Below, piece after piece: positions 29,746-39,924 of a DNA stretch of 64,000 nt. The stretch lies in contig CAYVAJ010000005.1 in assembly GCA_964448725.1 (NCBI GenBank), positions 2,137-66,136 on the forward strand, written 5' to 3'. Position numbers and translations under genes: made by a program. A model generated the notes under the pieces. It made no database searches and was not told where the DNA came from. It saw only the letters and a list, made by a program, of their open reading frames with translations. The stretch is from an uncultured Gammaproteobacteria bacterium (GTDB lineage: Bacteria > Patescibacteriota > Microgenomatia > Levybacterales > GWA1-39-11). Numbering within the stretch: the first letter of the stretch is position 1; each line of letters opens with the position of its first letter.

Positions 29746-29844
29746 ATTAAAAACACCCCCCTTCGCTAAGATTTAATGAGGCAAACCCTCTCGTCTTAGC
29801 ATAATGGATACACTTATTATACTCCATTCACATCTAAAGTTCAA
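29746..29844 (-). promoter_or_regulatory. rpsU promoter and structured leader with strong SD
   Basis: TTGAAC-N17-TATAAT; GCUAAGA/UCUUAGC stem; SD-like GAAGGGGGGUG. Confidence 0.65.
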
Positions 29845-29856
29845 AAAAGGAAGCAG

Positions 29857-31017
29857 TTATTTTCTAGAATTTATCATTTGAATAAGTCTCAAATTTTCTT
29901 TATGATCATGTGTCAGCGTATCCTCAATTTTCTTTTTGGCATAGCGCTCAAATCCCCAGAGCCTGATCACTCCTCCACTGTGAGGAAGTATAGTTGTAGC
30001 ACACCGTGCAAGTAAATATTTTGCCTCATGAAATGAATTGCCCGGTGAGAGATGTGTTCTTCCCCATTGCTCAAACTGTGCCTCAGTTACTTCAATGCCA
30101 TATCCCATTTTTTGTGCCGTACGTATATTCATAAAGTTTGTTTTGCGTTGGATAAAGTTCGAGAGAGTAATGTAATCAATTGGACCAATTTTGGGAAGAT
30201 GTATAAAATGAGGCAGGTTATAATAGTAGTTAATTCCACAAATAAAAGTGCTTGGTAAAATTCCTTCATTTTTCTCTAACTCTTTTATAACTTGGATAAT
30301 CGATGGTGTATCCTTTGTTTCTGATGAGCTCAGTAGAATTTTTTTGTCAGGAAACACTCGGTACACTCTCTTTACTACTTCCTCAACATACTCAGTACAT
30401 AATTGAAGTTGTAACTTTCCAAATTTATTAAATGATTCGTTTTCAGGCTGGATAATGACAAGATGTTGGAGTTGATTTCGAGTATAGGAACTAACTAAAT
30501 ACTGCAATAACCTTTCAAGATATGCATATGCCTCATGTGCAATGGCTGAATCTTTATTAACCATTGTATTTGGATATAGCTTACATTTCTTAATAATTTT
30601 TCTGGGAATATATTCTTCTGGCCACCCAAATGTTTTTATTGGTCCGATATTTAAACACACATTGACCTGTTGTGAGAGACAGTAATCAAAATAGGGTTTA
30701 TAATACGAAAAATCAAAATTCCCTTGTGAGTCAACTGCCTTATCCCACTTTACACCGAGTCGTATGTCGTACATCCCGAAATCATGAATTAATATCTTTA
30801 GTACTGCAAGTTTTTGTTCAGCTGTTGCTATCATCGCTCCATTATTTTCTAGCTGATACATCTTCTCCACTAAATCAGGTGCAAAAGAACAACCTATTGT
30901 GACTTTTTTAAATTTATTATGATATTTACTCCAATATTCATCCAATGACAAATCAGCATCCTGATGGGCGCGATACTGTTTGTAAATATGGGTAAACCAC
31001 CCTTTAAAATCAATCAT
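29857..31017 (-). CDS. Putative clan GH-A glycoside hydrolase (beta-galactosidase-like TIM barrel)
   Basis: IRLGVKW, GWPE, acid/base QPENE and nucleophile-like VTEAQ. Confidence 0.65.
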   Translation of the reverse strand: MIDFKGWFTHIYKQYRAHQDADLSLDEYWSKYHNKFKKVTIGCSFAPDLVEKMYQLENNGAMIATAEQKLAVLKILIHDFGMYDIRLGVKWDKAVDSQGNFDFSYYKPYFDYCLSQQVNVCLNIGPIKTFGWPEEYIPRKIIKKCKLYPNTMVNKDSAIAHEAYAYLERLLQYLVSSYTRNQLQHLVIIQPENESFNKFGKLQLQLCTEYVEEVVKRVYRVFPDKKILLSSSETKDTPSIIQVIKELEKNEGILPSTFICGINYYYNLPHFIHLPKIGPIDYITLSNFIQRKTNFMNIRTAQKMGYGIEVTEAQFEQWGRTHLSPGNSFHEAKYLLARCATTILPHSGGVIRLWGFERYAKKKIEDTLTHDHKENLRLIQMINSRK

Positions 31018-31131
31018 AAAATAAGTATACTCCCAAAAGTTTATACTTCAATTACTCGAATAAACGATGTAATAAAACTATTTAATTACGTTTGTATACC
31101 TAAATAACTACCATTAAAATTGGAACAAATT

Positions 31132-31458
31132 TTAAACAGATGGTTTGCTCATTGGTCCCATGAGGTGGAAATGAAGGTGATCAACAAATTGTGAACCGCC
31201 GCCATTTACTTCGATACGATATCCATTATTTTGTAAATTGTTCTCTGAAATTAATTGCTGTAATGCTGATCGGACACTCGGCAATATTACGTCCTCGTTT
31301 AGCTCATAAAACTCTTTTACATGTACTTTGGGTATGACTAGCAAATGTATTGGCTTTTGGGGATGAATATCTTTAAATGCTACAACATGTTCATCTTCGT
31401 ACAAAAATTCAGTCCCCATCTCACCTGCAGCAATTTTGCAAAATATACAATTATCCAT
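31132..31458 (-). CDS. HIT family (Hint) protein
   Basis: CIFCKI and the HLHFH histidine triad. Confidence 0.94.
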   Translation of the reverse strand: MDNCIFCKIAAGEMGTEFLYEDEHVVAFKDIHPQKPIHLLVIPKVHVKEFYELNEDVILPSVRSALQQLISENNLQNNGYRIEVNGGGSQFVDHLHFHLMGPMSKPSV

Positions 31459-31520
31459 AATTCAAAACTACCATAATAATGTAAGAATAACAATTGAGAT
31501 CTGATAATAAATGATATGCT

Positions 31521-31570
31521 TCTGTAATATATGGCAATATTAGGAATTATTTGGTAATATTAGGTAATAT
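31521..31570 (+). repeat. Five tandem 10-bp direct repeats upstream of the Fic gene
   Basis: TCTGTAATAT ATGGCAATAT TAGGAATTAT TTGGTAATAT TAGGTAATAT. Confidence 0.8.
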
Positions 31571-32549
31571 GCTGATTCCACCAAAGTATATTTTGACCCC
31601 TGCAATTACTGAATCACTCCAACGGATTGAAGCAAACCGCCAAGTCATTACAGCGATACAAATTCCAACCGAAGTAGAAACCAACATCCGTCGTCAGTCA
31701 GTCCTTAAAAGCTCACTTTTTTCAGCGCGTATAGAAGGAAATCCATTAACACTTGATGAAGTTGGTCATAACCCCTCAAAGGATCAAAAAAAGCAAGAAG
31801 TATATCAGATTTTAAAGGCACTTGAGGAAGTACGCAAAAGAGGAGCACGAGATATTAGTACTTCATTTATCCTTCGCCTTCATGAAATAGTCATGAAAAA
31901 CCTTACAGATACACCTGGAAAATACCGGCACGAAGTCAGTGCCATTTTTAACAGTGCTGGGATTGCCATTTACATGCCTCCCCCACCTCGGCAAGTACCA
32001 GGCATGATCGAGCGTCTGATCAAATACTGCAACGCATACCGCGAACAATTTATTCCTATTAGAGCAGTACTCGCTCACTACTCTTTTGAGAAGATTCATC
32101 CATTTTTAGACGGAAATGGCAGAGTTGGCAGGCTCTTATTACAATCAATTTTAGAAAAAAATAATTATGGAATGAAAGGACTCTTAACTATTGAAGAATA
32201 TCTTGATACTCACCGAAGTGAATATTACTCAAGCCTCGAAGAATCAGAACGAGATGTAACAGGATATATTGAATTTATGCTTGAAGCCTTGGCTCAAGTT
32301 TCAGAGCAAGCAAAAGAAATTGTACTTTCAAAACAACAAGGAGATATTCATGATTTTTTGCTTCCCAGAAGGTCTGAAATACTCAGAATAATTGAAGAAC
32401 ACCATCTGGTGAATTTTGATATGATCAGGCGCCGTTTTCTAGCAGTCAATGAACGGACACTACGATACGATCTGAAAAAGTTACAAGATGCAGGACATAT
32501 TAGAAAGCGAGGGACAACTAAAGGAGTGTATTATGAAAGAAGTAAGTAA
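31569..32549 (+). CDS. Fic family protein with C-terminal winged helix
   Basis: HPFLDGNGRVGR; inhibitory SARIEGN; ERTLRYDLKKL helix-turn-helix. Confidence 0.94.
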   Translation: MLIPPKYILTPAITESLQRIEANRQVITAIQIPTEVETNIRRQSVLKSSLFSARIEGNPLTLDEVGHNPSKDQKKQEVYQILKALEEVRKRGARDISTSFILRLHEIVMKNLTDTPGKYRHEVSAIFNSAGIAIYMPPPPRQVPGMIERLIKYCNAYREQFIPIRAVLAHYSFEKIHPFLDGNGRVGRLLLQSILEKNNYGMKGLLTIEEYLDTHRSEYYSSLEESERDVTGYIEFMLEALAQVSEQAKEIVLSKQQGDIHDFLLPRRSEILRIIEEHHLVNFDMIRRRFLAVNERTLRYDLKKLQDAGHIRKRGTTKGVYYERSK

Positions 32550-32610
32550 GAATACTACACTTCTTACTATATCTCTTGTAATGAAATTCACAACATGCAT
32601 ATAATAGTTT

Positions 32611-32874
32611 ATGGCAGAGAGAAGACGACCACGGATCGTACATGTACCTTCTGCATCTGTTGGTCCCTCTCGACTCAAACAAACAACACCTGCTCATACC
32701 GCTACCCCCGTATATTACCCACGAGTAAAAGAATGGAATTCTACCGGTCAACGCTTACATGAAATTGGAAATTATCTTTCACCAACTGAGGAAGTATATA
32801 TTCAAACCCCGACAGACCAATCATCGATTGAGAACTCTATGGGGAACCAGACAGACATCATTCCTGAAAAATAA
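32611..32874 (+). CDS. Hypothetical protein
   Basis: TATAAT just upstream of the ATG; abuts the ychF stop. Confidence 0.5.
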   Translation: MAERRRPRIVHVPSASVGPSRLKQTTPAHTATPVYYPRVKEWNSTGQRLHEIGNYLSPTEEVYIQTPTDQSSIENSMGNQTDIIPEK

Positions 32875-33975
32875 TTACCTGCCTATCTTAAACTCTGTAA
32901 CATCGCCATCTTGCATAATATAGTCTCTTCCTTCATTACGCGCTTTTCCATTTTCCCGTGCGCCTTTCCATCCGTTGTACTCTACAAAATCAGCAAATGA
33001 TACAACTTCAGCTTTTATAAATTTTTGCATAAAATCAGTATGGATCTCACCAGCTGCTTCAACTGCATTAGCACCTTTTCTGGTAGTCCATGCACGCACT
33101 TCTTTTTCACCTGCGGTTAAAAATGAAATAAGCACAAGATTTTCATAGGCTTTTTGGATAAGCCGCTCAAGACCAGATTTTTCAACTCCTAGTTCTGTTA
33201 AGTACTCTTTTGCTTCATCATCTCCTAGTTCTGCAAGCTCTGATTCAATTTTAGCTGAAATTACCACAAATTTTTCTTTCGGCATTTGCATAAGATCAGC
33301 GTATTGAGCAATAATATTCGGAATTTTTTCATCATTGTATGAATCTTCATTTACATTCAGTACAATAATTTCATTTTTAGATGAAAGCAAATTTAAATCC
33401 CGAATTGCCTCTCTTTCCTCATCATTTAAAGATACCTCAAATGCATTTCTGCCTGCGCTCAACTCTTTTGTAAGTTTTTCCACAGCAGCTTTCTTAACAG
33501 GGTCAGTTCTTAATGATTTTTCATTTATATTGGTAAGTGTTTGCAGATCAGCAAGCAATAATTCATATCGAATTGTTTCATAGTCTGATTTTGGATCGAC
33601 TGCTCCTTCTTTAATAACATCAGCATCTTCAAACACTCGTACTACATGAGCCACGATCCGCACCTCTCGAATATGTGCTAAAAATTTATTTCCAAGCCCT
33701 GCTCCTTCTGATGCGCCTTTTACTAAACCTGCGATATCCACAAACTCGACAAGCGCCTGTTTAACTGGGGGCAGTTCACTCATACCTTCTTCTATCTTTG
33801 TGATCTCAGCAAGCTTAACTAATCGTTCATCAGGAACTGGAACTACACCAGTATTCGGCTCTATCGTTGCAAATGGATAGTTCGCAGCAAGTGCCGCCTG
33901 TTTTTTGAGTAATGCGTTAAAAAGTGTCGACTTCCCAACATTTGGAAGACCAACAATTCCGATAGATAAATTCAT
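32875..33975 (-). CDS. ychF: Redox-regulated ATPase YchF
   Basis: GLPNVGKST, NYPFATIEPN, DIAGLVKGAS and a TGS domain. Confidence 0.98.
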   Translation of the reverse strand: MNLSIGIVGLPNVGKSTLFNALLKKQAALAANYPFATIEPNTGVVPVPDERLVKLAEITKIEEGMSELPPVKQALVEFVDIAGLVKGASEGAGLGNKFLAHIREVRIVAHVVRVFEDADVIKEGAVDPKSDYETIRYELLLADLQTLTNINEKSLRTDPVKKAAVEKLTKELSAGRNAFEVSLNDEEREAIRDLNLLSSKNEIIVLNVNEDSYNDEKIPNIIAQYADLMQMPKEKFVVISAKIESELAELGDDEAKEYLTELGVEKSGLERLIQKAYENLVLISFLTAGEKEVRAWTTRKGANAVEAAGEIHTDFMQKFIKAEVVSFADFVEYNGWKGARENGKARNEGRDYIMQDGDVTEFKIGR

Positions 33976-34041
33976 AGCTTAGAGATTATACCAATTGAAA
34001 CAAGAAAACAGAAGAATACGAGACAATTCATTCATTATGCT

Positions 34042-36225
34042 CTAGAAAGCAACGTACTGTTGGATCATAGCAATAATCCTTGATAGAAAGCTTTGATAGT
34101 ATCTATGACCATCAACACTCCCTTGTTTAGCCGTTGTAAATTTCATCTCATTGCCCCAATCACCTGCTGCACAATCATTCCCTCCTCTGACTTTGATGTA
34201 ATAAGTAGTATTTGGTGATAACTCATTGATTGTAAGTGACATAACACCGGTACTATTCCCAGAAATTTGAGTCCCAAACCGCATATCGCCTGATGTGTAT
34301 CCATAGCTAATAACATAGTTATTAGTATTACTGTGAATTGGCGCAAAATAAATTTTTGCTTTTGTACTTGTCGTATCTATCTGAAAAAGATCAGGGACAC
34401 TATCAGGAGCAATAGCTGAGCATTGTGGAGCCGTAGAACTACTATTTTTCTGTCCCACTCTTGATGAGGAACGTGTAGTAGTGGTCGGTGTGGGGGTTAA
34501 GGTAGGGGTAGGTGTCGGAGTTGGTGAGGGCGTAATAATAAACTCATACGCGCCAATATCAGGAGATACACCTTGAGGAATCGCTGTTCCAATGTGGTCT
34601 GAATCAAGACCAACATCAGTCCCTGCATTGATTGCAGGACTGCTTTCCTGAAGCGTAAAGTCAAAATCAAATAAATCGGTGAATAATGGATCTGCAGAAA
34701 TGCTATGTTCATCAAGACCAGTTGCTGCTTGCCACTCTGAGAGATCAAGATAATAACCTCCTTTATGATAATAGTTATAGTCAGTTCTATTGTTATAGAA
34801 AAGATTATAATCAGAAGTTATAGTACCAGTAACGCTTGCAGGCAACCCGTTATAATTATTATCACCGTCATTTGCAATATTCATAATATTTCCATCTGTT
34901 CCTGCTGGTTCATACAAGATATTGTTTACAAAAACTGGATTAGAAACATTCAAAAAATTCACTAAATTTCCATACTCTGTTGAACCCATATAGAGCGTGT
35001 TATTATAAAATGTAGGACTTATCGATCCTGTGGCAACCCCACCCTGTGTTTGAGTTGCAATGAGGTCTCCTCCGCCAGATTCAGTTGAATAGATAATATT
35101 ATGTGAATACACACTATTTTCTCCTTCTTCTTCAACTGTTATTGAAAGCCCTGGAACATTATTTACGATGACATTACCTGAAATAACCGTTCCTATTGGT
35201 TTTGCTACGTCAGCCTGATCTTCATGTTCTACCATCAAGACATATCCTTTATATACATCATGAATATAGGAGTCTTTGACAAAATTATTCACCGCATCAA
35301 CCCCCACAATGAGTCCTCCACTGTCTACCGTGTTATACCCTTTTGAGACATTATCTTTTCCACCATTGTACAGTTCACAGCGGATACAACCATTATTCTC
35401 CCCTCCTCCAATCCAAATCCCTTCTCCGATATTGTCATGAGCTACAGAATCAATAATAACGTTATTATCTCCTGCTAATGTTCCATATCCAATAACGCCA
35501 ATTCGAAAACCTCTTTGTCCATGCCAAGAAGCAGTGCTATTTGAAACAGTCACATTATCTGATCCAGTAACTACTCCCCACTCAAAACCAGTCTGAATAG
35601 CTTTCGTAGTGTCTATTGAATCAACAGTGATGTAGGATTGTCCATTAAAATCAACACCTCGAAAACGAGTACTGACTTCAATCGTGTGTGAAGATGGATC
35701 TGCTGAATCTGTCGTCCAAATATAAACCGTTTCTGTTTCTGAATCCCAGTAAAACGACCCTGCAACCATTGCAGCTTTACTGCTCTTAACCATTAGACGA
35801 ACATTATCTTCAAATACCTGCCTCGGGTTATAGGGAAATCCTGCCTTCATGTAAATATTCTCACCATCAGGGGTAAAACCAGTTACAATATCTGTACCGA
35901 TAAATAATGGATTATCCCCCGATCCATACGCACCATACTTAATTGGATTTCCTTCTACACCCGATTGATTTACATCAAGTTGTTCTCTCCAGGTACTCCC
36001 TTTTTTGAATAACACTTCATCACCTGGAGATAGTACTGTACTGTCTACTTTTGAAATCGTCTTCCAAGCCTGGTCTGTGGATATACCGCTATTGCTGTCA
36101 TTTCCGCCTACACTATCTACATAATAGGTAGCAGCATAGGACGCTGATGGTTTTATTAAAAGAAAAGAGATTGCGAAAAAAAGTGAAAGAATAAAATAAA
36201 AAACTGGACTTTTATACTTACTCAT
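34042..36225 (-). CDS. Secreted right-handed beta-helix protein with PT linker and FN3 domain
   Basis: Signal peptide, TYYVDS.GNDSNSG, PbH1-like Asn ladders, DIGAYE, (PT)n linker and LSPNTTYY. Confidence 0.85.
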   Translation of the reverse strand: MSKYKSPVFYFILSLFFAISFLLIKPSASYAATYYVDSVGGNDSNSGISTDQAWKTISKVDSTVLSPGDEVLFKKGSTWREQLDVNQSGVEGNPIKYGAYGSGDNPLFIGTDIVTGFTPDGENIYMKAGFPYNPRQVFEDNVRLMVKSSKAAMVAGSFYWDSETETVYIWTTDSADPSSHTIEVSTRFRGVDFNGQSYITVDSIDTTKAIQTGFEWGVVTGSDNVTVSNSTASWHGQRGFRIGVIGYGTLAGDNNVIIDSVAHDNIGEGIWIGGGENNGCIRCELYNGGKDNVSKGYNTVDSGGLIVGVDAVNNFVKDSYIHDVYKGYVLMVEHEDQADVAKPIGTVISGNVIVNNVPGLSITVEEEGENSVYSHNIIYSTESGGGDLIATQTQGGVATGSISPTFYNNTLYMGSTEYGNLVNFLNVSNPVFVNNILYEPAGTDGNIMNIANDGDNNYNGLPASVTGTITSDYNLFYNNRTDYNYYHKGGYYLDLSEWQAATGLDEHSISADPLFTDLFDFDFTLQESSPAINAGTDVGLDSDHIGTAIPQGVSPDIGAYEFIITPSPTPTPTPTLTPTPTTTTRSSSRVGQKNSSSTAPQCSAIAPDSVPDLFQIDTTSTKAKIYFAPIHSNTNNYVISYGYTSGDMRFGTQISGNSTGVMSLTINELSPNTTYYIKVRGGNDCAAGDWGNEMKFTTAKQGSVDGHRYYQSFLSRIIAMIQQYVAF

Positions 36226-36434
36226 GAACATATGTATCTGTCTGCAATATAGACAAAAAATATTACGTCAAAAACGTATACATATCTATCATATTGATTT
36301 TTTGAGAATAGGTCAAGATATGAGAAACAGAGATTTCATAAATAACTTTTTGGTAACGAAAAACTTTCACTTAGTGGAATATCTGTTTATATTTCAACAA
36401 TATCGGAACTGGAAAGAACTTGACTGATAATTAT

Positions 36435-37070
36435 CTAACTCCAAGGAATTTTTTGGGGAAAATGTTCTTTTATAAATGCTGTATGTGCACTATCTCCATC
36501 ATCGAATAAATCAATTTCTGTTTCTTGACCCTCTGAATCAAAATAACTTGTCTTATTCATAAAATCAGGCATTAGTGCAGATTCTTCCTTCTCCAGCAGT
36601 ATAAGTACCTCCTCATCTGCTTCTATACTTACCACTGGTCCGTGTACGAGTCGATACTCTTTCCTATATGCATCACGCACCACTGGACTAGATTTTATTT
36701 TCCCATCACTTCTATTAACTAAGTCGACATATGCTTTGTCTGATTCTGCTGGTATCCAAACAGCAGCGTAATCAAAACTAATTGGTAAGGATCTTTTGTC
36801 TTTATTAATTTTAGTCCCTGTAACTTCTATTACCATTTCTCGACCAGATTCTGTGGTCTGGTAAAAATATGACGTAAAAAATCTTAAGTCCATATTTCCT
36901 ACACCTACATTCTTAACTTTTTCCAATAACCGTTCTTTCAAATACACATACTTAGTTTCATTCGTATTTTCCTGAATTCTAGTGATAAGCCCTTGTGAAT
37001 TTCTCTCAATAATTTGCTTCCCCTCATTTTCGGCCTGATGTCTTGGGTGATCAGATTCAAGTCGTGTCAT
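36435..37070 (-). CDS. Hypothetical protein
   Basis: 211-aa ORF with TGCTATAAT 7 nt upstream. Confidence 0.65.
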   Translation of the reverse strand: MTRLESDHPRHQAENEGKQIIERNSQGLITRIQENTNETKYVYLKERLLEKVKNVGVGNMDLRFFTSYFYQTTESGREMVIEVTGTKINKDKRSLPISFDYAAVWIPAESDKAYVDLVNRSDGKIKSSPVVRDAYRKEYRLVHGPVVSIEADEEVLILLEKEESALMPDFMNKTSYFDSEGQETEIDLFDDGDSAHTAFIKEHFPQKIPWS

Positions 37071-37184
37071 ACTCGGGATTATAGCACAGGATTACTTCAG
37101 GTTTAACAATAAGATATTCTGATATTCGTAGTGAGATAAAGGTATCTGAGAAAAGTATGGACCGACAATGAGGCCTCCTATAGG

Positions 37185-37658
37185 TTAATTCTTTATTCTT
37201 TTCCTAGTGTCTCTGTCCTCTGAATATGTTTCACTCGCTTCAGGACTTCTTCTATTAATATGAGGAATACGAGGAGTTATCGCAACGGCAACTGTTACAA
37301 TCAGCCCGATGATATTAAAATCAAATCCAAATGCCATACCAATCGCACCTGATACCCAGAGACTTGCCGCAGTAGTTAAATTTCTGACATTAGCACCCTC
37401 TTTTAAGATTAAACCTGCACCTAAAAATCCAATACCTGAGACAATTTGTGCTGCAATTCTGGATTTTGAGGCAGGATCTACAACTGATGACATAAACGTA
37501 AAAAGCATCGCACCTGTAATAACAAGAATATGCGTACTAATTCCTGCATCCTTGCCTCTTGACTCTCTTTCTGCACCAATAATAAAACCAGCCGCCATAC
37601 TCAGGAGTAAGCCTGCAATTAAACGTATTTCGTTTTGGGTAATCAATTCACTTAACAT
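37185..37658 (-). CDS. MgtC/SapB family protein
   Basis: IGAERE, AGISTH, RIAAQIVSGIGFLGAG and LTTAASLW. Confidence 0.95.
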   Translation of the reverse strand: MLSELITQNEIRLIAGLLLSMAAGFIIGAERESRGKDAGISTHILVITGAMLFTFMSSVVDPASKSRIAAQIVSGIGFLGAGLILKEGANVRNLTTAASLWVSGAIGMAFGFDFNIIGLIVTVAVAITPRIPHINRRSPEASETYSEDRDTRKRIKN

Positions 37659-37681
37659 AGAATATATCTTTATATTATTCT

Positions 37682-38179
37682 CTAACTACGAACTTCTATA
37701 CTTCCAAATATTGAAGCTCCGTCTATTAACAACTTTACTGAATTTTGCTTTTTTTTATGGGTACGGTCTTTTACCTCACCAAGGATTCCAACAGCCTCAG
37801 ACTGAACCGTCCAGCCTTCAGGTATTCTAATATTAAGATCGGAAAATACTGCTACTAATTCCATTTTAATTTCTTTCCTCTTCGTCTTAACCTTTGAAAG
37901 GTCAATATCTGAGTCAGAAAAAATAGAAATCACTTTTCCTCCACTGAAATTTTTACTTTCAAGAACTCTATTTGCATCGGAAAATATCTGTACATCGTTT
38001 ACAACATCCTCCTCTGAAGATGATTGAGATCCTCCAAAAGGAGTTCTCTTTCCCCGCAATAGAATTACTCCGAAGGTGATCAGAACCAATGGGAAAATTA
38101 ATCGTCCGATATTTAGACCAAACAATGCAGAAAGACCAATGACTATAAGAATCAAACCAATTATATTTCTCATCTTCAT
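37682..38179 (-). CDS. LiaF-like cell-envelope stress protein (DUF2154-like)
   Basis: Two TM segments, then IDLS...IRIPEGWTV...GSIEV. Confidence 0.75.
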   Translation of the reverse strand: MKMRNIIGLILIVIGLSALFGLNIGRLIFPLVLITFGVILLRGKRTPFGGSQSSSEEDVVNDVQIFSDANRVLESKNFSGGKVISIFSDSDIDLSKVKTKRKEIKMELVAVFSDLNIRIPEGWTVQSEAVGILGEVKDRTHKKKQNSVKLLIDGASIFGSIEVRS

Positions 38180-38583
38180 CTTTGTTGTATCCTATCCATT
38201 ATACTAAATATTTGGTCAAACTCAGGCGGTAGACTTTGTAATAATGAAGAATTTGTCTGATAAATCACAAAAAGTATTACAAATCCGACTAGAATAAAAC
38301 CTACGATAGTTACTAACCAATGTGTTGCACGGTTTGAACTAAAAATTATCTGAAATCCCCAAAATATCAGAAATAACGGCCAAAATTTCCATAAGCTACC
38401 CCATACCTCCCATGGCACAAGATCAAGTGTATTAAGAAAAAATAGCACTCCTACACCGATCAGAATAAGACCGTAGACAGTATTGCTCTGTTTATTTCCT
38501 GATTGATCATCTGAACTGCCAAAAATAGTGACTCGTTCTTTTGGCAAACTACTTTTCTTGTTCTTTTGCTCCTTTTCTGTCAT
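38176..38583 (-). CDS. LiaI/LiaF-like TM protein (DUF5668)
   Basis: GLILIGVGVLFFL...WKFWPLFLI; ATGA overlap with the next gene. Confidence 0.78.
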   Translation of the reverse strand: MTEKEQKNKKSSLPKERVTIFGSSDDQSGNKQSNTVYGLILIGVGVLFFLNTLDLVPWEVWGSLWKFWPLFLIFWGFQIIFSSNRATHWLVTIVGFILVGFVILFVIYQTNSSLLQSLPPEFDQIFSIMDRIQQR

Positions 38584-38674
38584 ATATCAATTATATAAAA
38601 TTTAGTGATTTTTTACATAGTTACATAACTACTTATCTCACTTAAGAAAAGAGAAACTTGTATAATAGCTACGA

Positions 38675-38908
38675 ATGAAAATACAAATTATTACCCATCC
38701 TAACTCAAAAAACCCACGTATTGAAAAAGATCTTCTAGGAACCATTCATGTATATGTAAATCAACCTCCGCTTGAAGGAAAAGCAAACAAAGCAGTTATC
38801 GAAGCTTTAGCAAATTATTTCAAGGTAAAAAAAAGAAATATCTTGCTCTTATCCGGGCACAAGTCTAAAAATAAGCTTTTTGAAATAATCATTTCATCAA
38901 CTGCATAA
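38675..38908 (+). CDS. DUF167 / YggU family protein
   Basis: PPLEGKANKAVIEALA and GHKSKNK. Confidence 0.92.
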   Translation: MKIQIITHPNSKNPRIEKDLLGTIHVYVNQPPLEGKANKAVIEALANYFKVKKRNILLLSGHKSKNKLFEIIISSTA

Positions 38909-38924
38909 TATCTGCAGGAGTAAA

Positions 38925-39560
38925 TTAAGGCTGAGATCTAATTTTCAAAAGTAATTGTAATACTTCACTATCAGAAACTTGGTCAAAATTGCGGTAGTAC
39001 AAACCGATCGCGCGCAGATCATAAGGACAATGTAAACAGATAAAATCATCAACCAATGTTTTTATTATTTTCCCAGTTTCCCAGTCACATACAGGTACGG
39101 CAAAGATAAGTTCTTTAGGTTCTTGTTTTTTAATTACTTCAATTGCAGCTCGTGCTGTAACACCTGTTGCCAGTCCGTCATCAACAAGAATAACTGTTCT
39201 ATTTTCGAGCTTTGGCAGTGAATTTCCGTTACGATATATGGTAATACGTCTTTGCATTTCCTTAAATTCTTTCTTTTTTACACGCTGTATTTCATCTTGT
39301 GTAATCCCAAGCATAGAAATAGTAGTCTCATCAAGAAATTGAAAACCTCCCTCTGCAATAGCACCTATGCCAAATTCAGGATTACCTGGTGCTCCTAACT
39401 TTCGTACAATAACTACATCAAGCGGTGCAGAGAGATGATTTGCCACCTCATATCCAATTGGGACACCACCCCGAGGCAGCGCCAAAACTATCGCAGAATC
39501 TGTAAATATCTTCAGCTTTTCTCCAAGCTGTCTGCCTGCATCTTCTCTATCTTTAAACAT
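38925..39560 (-). CDS. Phosphoribosyltransferase family protein
   Basis: FKDREDAG, LPRGGV and VDDGLATG. Confidence 0.93.
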   Translation of the reverse strand: MFKDREDAGRQLGEKLKIFTDSAIVLALPRGGVPIGYEVANHLSAPLDVVIVRKLGAPGNPEFGIGAIAEGGFQFLDETTISMLGITQDEIQRVKKKEFKEMQRRITIYRNGNSLPKLENRTVILVDDGLATGVTARAAIEVIKKQEPKELIFAVPVCDWETGKIIKTLVDDFICLHCPYDLRAIGLYYRNFDQVSDSEVLQLLLKIRSQP

Positions 39561-39652
39561 ATACTCAATATAGTATAACTTTCAGACTTTAAGCACTATT
39601 AAGAAATGGGTAAAAGGTCATTAAATAATGCGAATAATTATAAATAAAAATA

Positions 39653-39922
39653 CTATCGTGTACTATTTTTTAGTCTATTAAGTGCATTGCCCAACTCATC
39701 ATCGCTTGGTTCTACCAACACATCACCGTTGGGGAATACAATAGTTGGTACAGATCGCATGCCATTATTTATTTTCAGAACTTTCTCTGCCGCATCAGGC
39801 ACTTCATCAATATTTATATACTCGTATGATACTCCACGGGAATCTAAAAAATGTTTTGATCGTGCACAATCATGACACCATGTTGTTGCATAAAATTTTA
39901 TTTTTCTGTTTGTATTATTCAT
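39653..39922 (-). CDS. Glutaredoxin / mycoredoxin-like protein
   Basis: WCHDC active site and SVPTI cis-Pro loop. Confidence 0.9.
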   Translation of the reverse strand: MNNTNRKIKFYATTWCHDCARSKHFLDSRGVSYEYINIDEVPDAAEKVLKINNGMRSVPTIVFPNGDVLVEPSDDELGNALNRLKNSTR

Positions 39923-39924
39923 AG

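Noticed and set aside
34481-34535. GGTGTG/GGTAGG-like repeats
   Set aside because: They simply encode the Pro-Thr linker of the beta-helix protein.
37309-37830. 173-aa plus-strand ORF
   Set aside because: Antisense shadow of the well-supported MgtC and LiaF-like genes.
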